From assembly GCA_964291315.2 (NCBI GenBank), contig OZ219753.1:3104001-3168000 (forward strand): a stretch of 64,000 bases of DNA. The letters are read 5' to 3'. Origin of the DNA: Candidatus Poribacteria bacterium. Lineage in GTDB: Bacteria > Poribacteria > WGA-4E > WGA-3G. The notes under the pieces are model-generated. The model had not been told where the DNA came from, made no database searches, and saw only the letters and a list, made by a program, of their open reading frames with translations. Below are positions 48,589-58,081 of the stretch, in pieces (positions within the stretch are counted from its first letter, which is position 1; each line of letters starts with the position of its first letter). Position numbers and translations under genes: made by a program.

Positions 48589-49950
48589 TTGCAAAAAGGC
48601 CAATTTTCAAAAGCATTTCTTCAAAAAATATCAGAAACTGAACCCGGGTGGATGCGCAAGAAACGGCTGGAGGCTTATACACTTTACGAATCACTACCGA
48701 TGCCGCATACAACTGAAGACGACGTATGGCGACGCACTGTTGATATGCGTACCCAAGATTATTGGAGGCGAAGCCGGCGATCTCTCCGTGGCTTTTCCAT
48801 CGATAAATATTATCCAAATGTTCCGGCAAGCGGTGGGATCTGCACAGAAGATGGAAAAGAGAATGATGCGGAAGTCGCCGGAGTGTTGGTGCAAGTTGAT
48901 GGACGACTCCAACGTATTTCTCAGACCGAAACAGCGAAAAAAAATGGGGTCTATTTTGCGCATCTTCGCACTGCCTTACAGGAACAACCGGAACTGCTCC
49001 GCACCTACTTCATGAACAAGGCAGTGACCTTGGAAACAACACTAAAGAGCGGGAATATTGCACAACGCAATAAGTTTGACGCGCTGCACGGTGCTTTTTG
49101 GCAAGGTGGTTATCTGTTGTATATTCCGAAAGGTGTGAAAGTCGAAGTGCCGCTTCGGGTCTATATCAGAATGTCAGAAGCTGAACAAGCCGATCTTTCT
49201 CATACGCTCATTATTGCTGAAGAGGGCAGCGAAGTTACAATTTTGGAAGACAACCTATCTACAGATTCGAGGGCGGAAGGCTTACACAACGGTGCTGTCG
49301 AAATTTTCGTTGGACAGAACGCTAATGTAACTTACGCGCAAGTCCAACGTTGGAACCGGCAGGTCTGGAATATCGCTTCGCATCGTGCTATGGTTGCTAG
49401 AGATGCCCAGCTCTGTTGGGTGACTGCCACATTCGGTAGTAGACTCAGCAAGATAAACCAAGCGGTTATTTTAGAAGGTGAAGGGTGCACCGCCCAAATG
49501 CTCGGATTAGCTTTCACAGATGCCCGTCAACACTTAGATATTAGCACCGCCCAGGAACATGTTTCGCCGCATACCTCTAGCAATCTCCTCTATCGGACTG
49601 TCCTGAAGGATAGAGCACAGAACGCCTGGGGCGGGAATATTTACGTCTACCCTGCAGCAAACCATACCGATGCCTATCAGAAAAATGATAACCTTCTGTT
49701 AAGCGAACGTGCCCACGCGGATACCTTACCGGGCTTGGAAATCCAAGCACATGAGGTGCGGTGTACACACGGTGCAACCGCTGGAAAGATTGATGCAGAA
49801 CAGGTTTTCTACTTAATGAGTCGCGGTTTGCCTTATGCACAAGCTGAAAAACTAATTGTTGAAGGGTTCTTTGAACCTGTCATGGAACGTATCCCGTTAG
49901 AATCTGTGCGTGAAGAATTAACTACATCTATTACGCACAAACTTGCATAG
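48589..49950 (+). CDS. sufD: Fe-S cluster assembly protein SufD
   Basis: PGLEI..EVRCTHGAT.G, FYLMSRG; probable TTG start after AAGGA (the ORF track begins at 48535, inside a repeat). Confidence 0.92.
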   Translation: MQKGQFSKAFLQKISETEPGWMRKKRLEAYTLYESLPMPHTTEDDVWRRTVDMRTQDYWRRSRRSLRGFSIDKYYPNVPASGGICTEDGKENDAEVAGVLVQVDGRLQRISQTETAKKNGVYFAHLRTALQEQPELLRTYFMNKAVTLETTLKSGNIAQRNKFDALHGAFWQGGYLLYIPKGVKVEVPLRVYIRMSEAEQADLSHTLIIAEEGSEVTILEDNLSTDSRAEGLHNGAVEIFVGQNANVTYAQVQRWNRQVWNIASHRAMVARDAQLCWVTATFGSRLSKINQAVILEGEGCTAQMLGLAFTDARQHLDISTAQEHVSPHTSSNLLYRTVLKDRAQNAWGGNIYVYPAANHTDAYQKNDNLLLSERAHADTLPGLEIQAHEVRCTHGATAGKIDAEQVFYLMSRGLPYAQAEKLIVEGFFEPVMERIPLESVREELTTSITHKLA

Positions 49951-50066
49951 ATACAGTCTGCTGTTATCGGAGGTCGGTTAGTCCTGATGTTCACATCGAC
50001 AGATAATCGATAACCGAACTGACTGAAAATTGAAAATCGTTAACAACTAAAAAGGAGCAACTCACA

Positions 50067-50408
50067 ATGAGTCAACCGAAAATTATCGCGTATATGAAAC
50101 CGGTCTGTGGATGGAGCAACGGTGTCCGCGCTATCTTCACTAAATACGGTTTGGAGTATGAAGACAAGGACATCATCAACGATGAAAATAATTATCGCGA
50201 AATGGTTCAGAAAACACAGCAGCCGTATCAGCCGTGTGTTCAGATAGACGATGTGATGCTTGCCGATGTCAGTGGTGATGAAGTGGAACACTATTTGGTA
50301 TCGGAAGGGATCGTCCAATCGAACGATGCTGAAACCGACGTGCCAACCGATCAGGCGTGTGAGGATCATGGACCAACGGCTGTCAATATCGGTTTCCCGA
50401 GCCGATAA
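50067..50408 (+). CDS. Monothiol glutaredoxin (CGWS)
   Basis: YMKPVCGWS and QP.V.ID motifs; AAGGAG RBS; lies in the suf operon. Confidence 0.85.
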   Translation: MSQPKIIAYMKPVCGWSNGVRAIFTKYGLEYEDKDIINDENNYREMVQKTQQPYQPCVQIDDVMLADVSGDEVEHYLVSEGIVQSNDAETDVPTDQACEDHGPTAVNIGFPSR

Positions 50409-50428
50409 CACTCTTTTCTTTTTAATAT

Positions 50429-50452
50429 GGGCGAGGCGTTTATGCCTCGCCC
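50429..50452. repeat. GGCGAGG/CCTCGCC palindrome (REP-like)
   Basis: GGGCGAGGC-gtttat-GCCTCGCCC; a related palindrome lies at about 28566-28583. Confidence 0.55.
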
Positions 50453-50480
50453 AACACAACGAACTATAACAACATATAGA

Positions 50481-51476
50481 ATGACACTCGAAGGGCACAT
50501 CGAGGATATACGGCAACGCTTAGAGAAAAATGAATTTAGAGATGAAGCTGCCGTGCGCCTAGGCATTATCAATAGACTATTGAAGGTCTTGGGATGGCCA
50601 ATATTTGACGTTAAGATCGTTTTTCCAGAATATGGCGTTAACAACGGAAAGGTAGACTACGCGCTTTGCCATCCACCATCAAATCCTCGCGCCTTTATTG
50701 AAGTAAAGCGGGTCGGAAACATTGATAAAGGAATAGAACAACTCTTTGAGTATGCTTATCGCCAAGGGATAACTATTCTTGTGCTTACGGACGGTCAAAC
50801 ATGGCGATTTTATTTTCCTGCTGGCGAGGGATCTTACGAAAACCGTAAGATAGTAGAGGTGGACTTCACTGTAGGAAATAGCGAGGAATTTGCTAAGCGT
50901 CTTGACAGATACCTTAACTACGAATCCGTGAAGACCGGCAAAGCTGCTAAAAATATTACAACGGATTATTGGCAGGAACAGGTTGAGAAGATATTACCAG
51001 AAGTGTGGAATGAATTGGTGCAGGAAAAAAATGAGTTTCTCCTACACGCTATAATAGATAAAACAAAAGATAGGTCCGGACATGAACCTACAACAGAACA
51101 GGTCCTAGCCTTTCTGGAAAAACTATCCGTTCTACACGAAAATGGTATTATATATGATGATACGGAAGAGCTTGACGCGGAACGTTCCGTTTCTAAGCTG
51201 CGCGTCACGATGCCCGATGGAGAGGCAATTGAGCATAAACTTGCAATACATACCTTCATAGCTGTTATTGAAAAGATAGGGATAGAACGTGTAGAAACAC
51301 TCGGCCTAATCCAAAATGCTATTCCTTTAATTTCAACCCGTAAAGACCCAAAACGTGCACAACATCAAAGAGGTCAGTATTATATAGTATCTGGATTATC
51401 TAATCTTAAGAAAAAAACATTTCTTGAGGAGATTGCCGAGAAGTTACGGATTGACTTAAAAGTAGAACTTCGTTGA
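50481..51476 (+). CDS. HsdR N-terminal (type I restriction enzyme R) nuclease-domain protein
   Basis: EAAVR..II..LL..LGW, PEY, VDYAL, IEVK, QLFEYA and LTDGQTWRFY motifs; AT-richer than the flanks; start could be 50427. Confidence 0.82.
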   Translation: MTLEGHIEDIRQRLEKNEFRDEAAVRLGIINRLLKVLGWPIFDVKIVFPEYGVNNGKVDYALCHPPSNPRAFIEVKRVGNIDKGIEQLFEYAYRQGITILVLTDGQTWRFYFPAGEGSYENRKIVEVDFTVGNSEEFAKRLDRYLNYESVKTGKAAKNITTDYWQEQVEKILPEVWNELVQEKNEFLLHAIIDKTKDRSGHEPTTEQVLAFLEKLSVLHENGIIYDDTEELDAERSVSKLRVTMPDGEAIEHKLAIHTFIAVIEKIGIERVETLGLIQNAIPLISTRKDPKRAQHQRGQYYIVSGLSNLKKKTFLEEIAEKLRIDLKVELR

Positions 51477-51597
51477 TAAGATATGACCTTGTGATTCAAC
51501 GTGCACGGTGGTATCGATTTGTTAAGGTAAGCACTGCGTTTGTAGAAGCGGTTTAATCTGCGATTCAAACAGTAAATAAGATAGGTTATAAATAATA

Positions 51598-52845
51598 ATG
51601 AACACTTCCGACTTTCGACCGCTGGATGTGGAACGTATCCGTAAAGATTTTCCGATTTTCGCGACAACGCCACCCCTCGCTTTTCTGGATAGTGCTGCCT
51701 CAACACAGACACCGAGACCTGTCGTCGAAGCAATGGATGCCTATTACGATACCTATCGTTCTAATATCCATCGCGGTATCTATCAGATCTCAGAGGAAGC
51801 GACGGCACAGTACGAGCGCGCGAGAGAAAAAGTGGCGCAGTTGATTAACGCGCCGCGCACACGTCAAGTTATTTTCACGCGGAATACAACCGAATCCATT
51901 AATCTCGTCGCTTACAGTTGGGGAAGCTCGAATATCCGTGAAGGTGATGAAATCATTCTCACCGTCATGGAGCATCATAGCAATCTTGTTCCTTGGCAGC
52001 TGCTTGCGCAGCGTACAGGTGCAACCCTCCGGTTTCTTGAAATAACCACAGAGGGTTTACTCGACTTTACACAACTGCGCGACCTACTGACCGAAAAAAC
52101 GAAACTCGTTGCCATCGGGCACGTTTCCAACGTGCTTGGCACTATCAATCCGATCCAATCCGTTATTGTTGCTGCGCACACTGTCGGTGCAAAAGTGCTT
52201 GTTGATGCCGCACAATCTGTGCCTCACTTCCATGTGGACGTTCAGCAACTTGATTGTGATTTTCTTGCATTCTCTGGACACAAAATGTGCGGTCCCACAG
52301 GTATCGGTGTCTTATATGGCAAATTGGACTTGCTTGAGGAGATGCCTCCGTTCCTCGGTGGTGGTTCAATGATTCGCAGTGTTGAACGCGACGTATCTAC
52401 TTATGCAGATCTCCCCGCTAAATTTGAAGCGGGAACTCCAAGTATTGCGGAAGCGATTGGACTTGGACACACTGTTGACTATGTTACACAAGCCCACTTA
52501 GCATCAATTCAGGTCCATGAACAAGAGCTCTTAAAATATGCGCATCAGCGTTTAAAGAATATAGAAGGAATTACCCTTTACGGACCGGCACCGCATCAGA
52601 AAGCAGGGGTCATCTCCTTCAATATTGAGGGCATTCACCCGCATGATGTTGCTGGAATCTTGGATACGTGCGGCGTTGCTGTCCGTGCGGGGCATCACTG
52701 TGCACAGCCACTCATGAAGAGATTAGATGTCATAGCCACTGTTCGCGCTAGCTTTTATCTTTACAACACAATCGAAGATGTTGATCGCTTATGTGAGGGC
52801 CTTTATAGGGCACAGAAGCTCATGACCCGGAGAAAAACAAGATGA
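51598..52845 (+). CDS. sufS: Cysteine desulfurase
   Basis: LDSAAS, EHHSN..PW, FSGHKM.GPTGIG, FEAGTP and RAGHHCAQP motifs. Confidence 0.96.
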   Translation: MNTSDFRPLDVERIRKDFPIFATTPPLAFLDSAASTQTPRPVVEAMDAYYDTYRSNIHRGIYQISEEATAQYERAREKVAQLINAPRTRQVIFTRNTTESINLVAYSWGSSNIREGDEIILTVMEHHSNLVPWQLLAQRTGATLRFLEITTEGLLDFTQLRDLLTEKTKLVAIGHVSNVLGTINPIQSVIVAAHTVGAKVLVDAAQSVPHFHVDVQQLDCDFLAFSGHKMCGPTGIGVLYGKLDLLEEMPPFLGGGSMIRSVERDVSTYADLPAKFEAGTPSIAEAIGLGHTVDYVTQAHLASIQVHEQELLKYAHQRLKNIEGITLYGPAPHQKAGVISFNIEGIHPHDVAGILDTCGVAVRAGHHCAQPLMKRLDVIATVRASFYLYNTIEDVDRLCEGLYRAQKLMTRRKTR

Positions 52846-53231
52846 ACATATATCAGGAAGAACTGCTTGACCACTACGAAAACCCAAGCAACTACGGAAC
52901 GTTGCCGAATCCTGATATTTCACATGAAGAAGACAATCCACTTTGTGGCGACAGAATCCGCATTGACCTAGTCATCGAGAACGACGCAATTAAAGAGGTC
53001 CGTTTTTGTGGTCACGGTTGTACTATCAGTCAAGCCGCTGCCTCTATGCTGACCGAAGCGATCGAAGGCAAAAGTCTTGATGAAGTCAAGAAGATTACAA
53101 AAGACGACATGTTGGATATGGTCGGTATCCCTTTAGGCCCTGTCCGGCTTAAATGTGCTTTATTAGCACTTAAGGTACTCAAAGCTGGTGCCTATGGGAT
53201 TACAGCGTGGCCCGGCGAGGAAGACACATAG
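52842..53231 (+). CDS. sufU: SUF NifU-family sulfur-transfer/scaffold protein
   Basis: NPLCGD, GCTISQA and RLKCALL motifs. Confidence 0.93.
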   Translation: MNIYQEELLDHYENPSNYGTLPNPDISHEEDNPLCGDRIRIDLVIENDAIKEVRFCGHGCTISQAAASMLTEAIEGKSLDEVKKITKDDMLDMVGIPLGPVRLKCALLALKVLKAGAYGITAWPGEEDT

Positions 53232-53294
53232 AAACACAGAACGTTCTCTTTTCCTAGCCTATAGTTTGCCCATTTTACTTGAAAAAAGGAAATT

Positions 53295-53606
53295 ATGCCA
53301 GAATTCTATAAAGTTGCGAAAGTTAATGAAGTACCACCCGGCACCAAAAAGTTGGTGGAGGTAGATTTTGTTCCGGTGCTAATCTTTAACGTCCAAGGTG
53401 AATTTTATGCCATAGAAGACGTTTGCACACACGACGGGGGGCCCTTAGCGGAAGGCTTGTTCAGAGGCGATGAGATAGAATGTCCTCGGCACGGGGCCCG
53501 ATTCTCTGTAAAAACAGGGGAACCGCTCTGTATGCCCGCTGTCGAAGGTGTTGAATGTTACACCGTCAGAATTGAAGATGACGATATCCTTATCAGTCTT
53601 GATTGA
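53295..53606 (+). CDS. Rieske-type [2Fe-2S] ferredoxin
   Basis: CTH and CPRHG motifs. Confidence 0.92.
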   Translation: MPEFYKVAKVNEVPPGTKKLVEVDFVPVLIFNVQGEFYAIEDVCTHDGGPLAEGLFRGDEIECPRHGARFSVKTGEPLCMPAVEGVECYTVRIEDDDILISLD

Positions 53607-53644
53607 ATTCAGGGCCGATACCGTATGTATAGGAGACAATTGAA

Positions 53645-53947
53645 ATGCTATCAGAAGAATCTGTCTTGGAGACTATCAAAGAAAATATTATCGATCCAGA
53701 AATCGGAATCAATATCGTTGACATGGGACTCATTTACGGGGTTGACATCGAGGATACGACGGTTGACATTACCATGACGTTAACAAGCCCCGGATGCCCT
53801 GCGGGCGGACAGATCGTCAACGGCATACAACACGTCACACAGCAGATGGAGGGCGTTGCTGAAGTGAATATCAGTGTCGTCTGGAATCCACGTTGGAGCA
53901 TGGAAATGATGAGCGAGGATGCGAAGGATGAGCTCGGTATCTTCTAG
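53645..53947 (+). CDS. sufT: SufT/DUF59 metal-sulfur cluster assembly factor
   Basis: DPEIGINIVDMGLIY, MTLTSPGCP and W.P.W...MS motifs. Confidence 0.9.
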   Translation: MLSEESVLETIKENIIDPEIGINIVDMGLIYGVDIEDTTVDITMTLTSPGCPAGGQIVNGIQHVTQQMEGVAEVNISVVWNPRWSMEMMSEDAKDELGIF

Positions 53948-53955
53948 TAAGATCC

Positions 53956-54360
53956 ATGCTGTTTATCACCCCCATGCGGAACGATGCCAAGAATCCGAAA
54001 CGCCTCAAGAAACATCAAAACGCCTTCCAGGTAGAGTGGAAAGATGGACATACCAGCTGGTATCCATACACCTATCTTCGGCAGATATGTCCCTGTGCTG
54101 AATGCGCGATCATCCGGCATGAAGGCAGAGATGTACACTCCCTCTTTTCGCCGCAAGGTGACGGAGATATAACGTTGATTGAAGTGTCAGACGATATTCA
54201 ACCTTTGGATGTCCAATTGGTCGGCCGCTACGCACTTCAGTTCAGTTGGAACGATGGACACAACACCGGCATATATCCGTTTGAAGTCCTACGCGAGATG
54301 TGTCCGGGTCCAGAATCTGCCCCCTTACCGCCCGTTCAAACGGAGGAAGAATCTGAGTAA
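53956..54360 (+). CDS. DUF971/GBBH-like N-terminal domain protein
   Basis: W.DGH, LRQICPCAEC and VGRYAL..W.DGH.TGIY motifs. Confidence 0.88.
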   Translation: MLFITPMRNDAKNPKRLKKHQNAFQVEWKDGHTSWYPYTYLRQICPCAECAIIRHEGRDVHSLFSPQGDGDITLIEVSDDIQPLDVQLVGRYALQFSWNDGHNTGIYPFEVLREMCPGPESAPLPPVQTEEESE

Positions 54361-54689
54361 TGCAGAGAGACATCCCCGAAATTCTGCCACAAGAATTGAA
54401 ACGGAAATTGGACACGGACGAATCCCCGTTCTTGCTCGATGTTCGAGAACAGGCCGAACACGATATTGTGCACATGGAAGGTGCTCGGCTCATACCGCTC
54501 AACACACTACCGCAACACATAGACAGTCTCCCAATAGACCGAGAAATTGTGGTCTATTGTCACCACGGAACCCGTAGCCTCTATGCCACGGCTTACCTAC
54601 ACCAAAATGGATTTACTGATGCAAAGAACCTGGTAGGTGGAATTGACTTGTGGGCAGCCGAGATAGAGCCGACTCTAAGGAGATATTAG
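54360..54689 (+). CDS. Rhodanese-like sulfurtransferase
   Basis: LLDVRE, VVYCHHGTRS and NLVGGIDLW motifs. Confidence 0.92.
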   Translation: MQRDIPEILPQELKRKLDTDESPFLLDVREQAEHDIVHMEGARLIPLNTLPQHIDSLPIDREIVVYCHHGTRSLYATAYLHQNGFTDAKNLVGGIDLWAAEIEPTLRRY

Positions 54690-54872
54690 ATGATTGTTGA
54701 ATTTGAAAACCGTTCTGGCGAAATAGAGCGGGCCGAAATGGAAATTGACGAGCCTTGTCCGATATGCTGTGGGATGCTCTTTCCGCTTGTGGAAGCCCAG
54801 CCAACCAGGGGGTATCGCTGCAGTAGTTGTGGGCTCGTCTTCGCGCCTGTAGAAGAAGATCTGGGAATATAG
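54690..54872 (+). CDS. Small zinc-ribbon protein (60 aa)
   Basis: AAGGAG RBS; abuts the rhodanese gene; CPICC and CSSC motifs. Confidence 0.7.
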   Translation: MIVEFENRSGEIERAEMEIDEPCPICCGMLFPLVEAQPTRGYRCSSCGLVFAPVEEDLGI

Positions 54873-54888
54873 ATTTTTTACGAAAAAT

Positions 54889-54917
54889 TTGACTAAAACC
54901 TATATCTTTTGTATAAT
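54889..54917 (+). promoter_or_regulatory. Strong sigma70-type promoter
   Basis: TTGACT-N17-TATAAT. Confidence 0.65.
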
Positions 54918-55093
54918 TAGACACATTCAGCAATTTGTTAGGTTAGAAAAGTGCCGGCTGTGCATTTTCGAGCCACTTTGTAAGGATGAAGCACATGCAA
55001 AACAGGGTTTCCAATTTCCATATACCGAGCTCACCGAGTCCCACGCTTCGATCGGCCGGTGTGTGTTTTTGCATGTTCGTGCCTGAATATGTG

Positions 55094-55125
55094 AGATTAC
55101 CCCCCCCACCTTACGTTAGTTAAGT
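55094..55125. repeat. Poly-C-containing dispersed motif, copy 2
   Basis: AGATTA-C8-ACCTTACGTTAGTTAAGT. Confidence 0.6.
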
Positions 55126-55318
55126 ATTTCAAATCGTTTTTTCACCAAACTGCGTCAGTGTTCACTGCTGTAGTGGTTTTTTCGCGCCTGCGCGTGCCTT
55201 GCACGTTGCAGGCTATTTTTGTTGTCGCGTCGGGGTTTTCCCGGTGCATGTTTCCCTGCTATCTCGCCTCCACAGTGCTTTGTAGCTGCCGTGGCGGATA
55301 TGCATGCGTATCTGTAAC

Positions 55319-55467
55319 TTGTAGGATAGTTTCCTGTTAGGCTGCCTTGTAGCAGAACCTGTTAGGTTGTGCAGTGGTGCTTGTAGCATAGACTGTTAGT
55401 CTGTGGATCCGGAACGAGGTTTCCTGTCCGGCTGTGCATCCGGCTCATAACCCGTTAGGTTGTGCAA
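55319..55467 (+). repeat. Cluster of GTAG-type REP-like palindromes
   Basis: TTGTAG + stem-TGTTA-stem units at 55319, 55347 and 55381, with a degenerate unit near 55446. Confidence 0.75.
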
Positions 55468-55550
55468 GGTTTCTTTTTGATCAAAGATGAGCCAAATAAT
55501 TATCAAGATCGCGTTATGCTTACACTTTTACATTTAAAGGAGAATTTTCA

Positions 55551-56426
55551 ATGCGAAGATATTTAAGAACAGCTTTTGTTACCCTAATAGCCTGCACGAT
55601 CGCCCTTACCAGTTGTGATCGAACCCAGAAAGCCATCACACCTATCATGCCTGAAACAGAAACGGAAAGGCAGGGAGAGGTTTTGATCTATACAAATCGT
55701 AGTTGGTGGATAACGTTAGAAGACGCAGCCATTGCAGCAGAGACTACAAAAAGTCTCTTGGAAGCTAAAAATATCCAAGTGCAAATCACCAAAGATGGAG
55801 AGACTGTCAAAGAATGGATGCTCCAAACTACCGGGAATGGCAACGTTGATGTCATAGTTCTTTATGGTGTGTTACCTGCCTCAATTTATGCCCCTGGGAA
55901 TACTCAGCCCGATGGGTCAATCGCAGAAAATTGGATTGAAACGACGGACGGTGACACCATCCTGAATCACGCCGATTATATAGCCTTCAATGCTGACTCT
56001 GATGTAAATCTTGAATGGGAAGGTCAGAGTGCAAACGGGAGTTCCGGTTTGCGACAGCTTATGGACAACCCTATTATAAACCTGTTTTCTCCGCTTAGGG
56101 GGGCCATGATTCCCACATCTGACGGAATTGCGCTAACACCTAGTTTAATCGACTTCACATCTCATAGACCTATTCCGTTGGGGCAGCTTCAAGGGGAATG
56201 GTTTGCTGAAAAGATTTTTGCAAGCGATACAGGAGATGATCAGGCATCTTATGCGGATCCCGTCATTGTTCGAGACGGGGACCGCGGAAGACTCGCAATC
56301 GTTTACGCTCACGCTACCGACGAGAACCACGGTTATGCTGGATTTATTGGCGAAACGCGAGCGCAGGCTGGACTTCTACATGGAAAGGTCGCAGCTGAGA
56401 TAATCGCCAACTATCTCATCCCTTAA
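55551..56426 (+). CDS. Hypothetical lipoprotein
   Basis: AAGGAG RBS; lipobox LTSC. Confidence 0.8.
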   Translation: MRRYLRTAFVTLIACTIALTSCDRTQKAITPIMPETETERQGEVLIYTNRSWWITLEDAAIAAETTKSLLEAKNIQVQITKDGETVKEWMLQTTGNGNVDVIVLYGVLPASIYAPGNTQPDGSIAENWIETTDGDTILNHADYIAFNADSDVNLEWEGQSANGSSGLRQLMDNPIINLFSPLRGAMIPTSDGIALTPSLIDFTSHRPIPLGQLQGEWFAEKIFASDTGDDQASYADPVIVRDGDRGRLAIVYAHATDENHGYAGFIGETRAQAGLLHGKVAAEIIANYLIP

Positions 56427-56629
56427 TTCCTTATCAGATTGTTTCTACAAGGGATATGGAGACAGATTGCACCTTGTAGACAATTTGATCGGATCAGAAA
56501 GCTGAGAATCCTGCTGAGCTGCTCATGTCCGATACCGTGCAGCAGGTTCTCAATCTTTTGCATGCACAAAATAACGGTTCGCGGAAAAATATAAGCATTC
56601 TTGAAAACTCAGTATGAAACAGAGGGAAA

Positions 56630-57718
56630 CTATTCAATTTCTCGAAAGTTTGGGACATCTACCGGGGCACCGCCGTTCGCAATGGACTGCTCTGAAACCA
56701 AACCCGGCACCGTGAAATCCATCGCTGTATAAACATCAAGAGGCGGCGATGTGTCGGTAAGAATGCTATCAACGAAATCTCGGACCTTGAAGTACTCGCC
56801 GAGATCGCCCGCTTTTTCTGCTTCAGCAGGCGGATTTTTCCACCGTTCTGGCAGAAGGTCTTCAAACTGGGAGAGCGGCCTCCACTGCTCAGTTACCGAA
56901 AACTCGTCCAACCAAACCTTCGGGGCAGCACCTAATCCACGCGAACCCTCATAACACCCCTTTGTACCTTGCAAACTGAAATAGGAATTCGCGGGACGAT
57001 TCGAGAGCATGTCAACTCGAATCTTAATTAAGCCACCACAATCTATTTTGCAGAGCATCATCACGGTATCTTCCATGGCGTGCTCTGGATCCGTGTTAAC
57101 GCCCGTGCCGAGGCAACAGACACTGGTCACACGTCCACCAAACCACTGCAGCACCGGCCCCAAGCTGTGCGTCGCATAGTTGCACCGATTGATGCCGACC
57201 TGCCAATAGTAGCGCCACGTCGGCTTGCCACTTGTATCGTGATGAAGCGATTTAACGTTGTGCAGATACTCCCCTTCGCCGAAATAGACATCCCCAAACA
57301 GACCCGCTTCTACCATGCTGCGGATGAGGACGTTCGACTTGGCGTAGCATGTATTCTCAGCCATCGTGTATTTTGCAGATGCCCTCCGAACTGTTCGAAC
57401 TAAGTCGTAACATTCCTCTAACTTAACAGCTGCGGTGACTTCACTGATGACGTGCTTTCCCGCCTCTAATGCCTCGATGGACTGAGGGACATGTAGATTC
57501 TCAGGTGTAGCCAGCACAACAAGATCTACCGCATCCAGCATCGTGCTATAATCTGTAAACTTCTGAGGAATATCAAACCGTTTAGCGACGTTCTGAAGCG
57601 TTTCTGTGTTGATGTCACAAACCGCTGTCACATCTGTCTCTGCTATCGCTCTAAAAGGCGCAACATAAGAACTACCTCGATGTGCCCCAACAATTCCGAC
57701 CTTGAGTTGATTCGCCAT
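56630..57718 (-). CDS. Gfo/Idh/MocA oxidoreductase
   Basis: KVGIVG, GKHVISEV, AEN.CY and YATHSLGP motifs. Confidence 0.9.
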   Translation of the reverse strand: MANQLKVGIVGAHRGSSYVAPFRAIAETDVTAVCDINTETLQNVAKRFDIPQKFTDYSTMLDAVDLVVLATPENLHVPQSIEALEAGKHVISEVTAAVKLEECYDLVRTVRRASAKYTMAENTCYAKSNVLIRSMVEAGLFGDVYFGEGEYLHNVKSLHHDTSGKPTWRYYWQVGINRCNYATHSLGPVLQWFGGRVTSVCCLGTGVNTDPEHAMEDTVMMLCKIDCGGLIKIRVDMLSNRPANSYFSLQGTKGCYEGSRGLGAAPKVWLDEFSVTEQWRPLSQFEDLLPERWKNPPAEAEKAGDLGEYFKVRDFVDSILTDTSPPLDVYTAMDFTVPGLVSEQSIANGGAPVDVPNFREIE

Positions 57719-57864
57719 TCTGTATATCCTTCCATTCGATGGAGTTTCGCAACGCAAACTGAAACTTGCCCTGATAGATCATCGCCGTAGCATAGCATAT
57801 CGTGTGTAATTTATTAGAATTTATTTCGCGTTAGGAGCGCGTCGGTTGTGATCATCTTTTCTGT

Positions 57865-57893
57865 TTGACATAACAACATAGATATAGTATAAT
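57865..57893 (+). promoter_or_regulatory. Consensus sigma70 promoter for the metalloprotease pair
   Basis: TTGACA-N17-TATAAT. Confidence 0.75.
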
Positions 57894-58081
57894 TAATGTT
57901 AAGTATCAGAGGAGCGTCAGTTGCGATCACTTTTGCTTCTCTATCAAGTGTTTTAAGATACACTGTTGAAATTGGGATTTCGTCTGTTTTCTCACTAACA
58001 GCACACTTAAGAATAATTATTGAAAGCGGACGAGTCAAAAACAATTCGTAAAAGTCCAAGGTAGACAAAGGAGAATACATT

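Noticed and set aside
55319-55467. Possible mini CRISPR array
   Set aside because: Units are degenerate with very short, irregular spacing, no cas genes are present, and the GTAG-hairpin form fits REPs.
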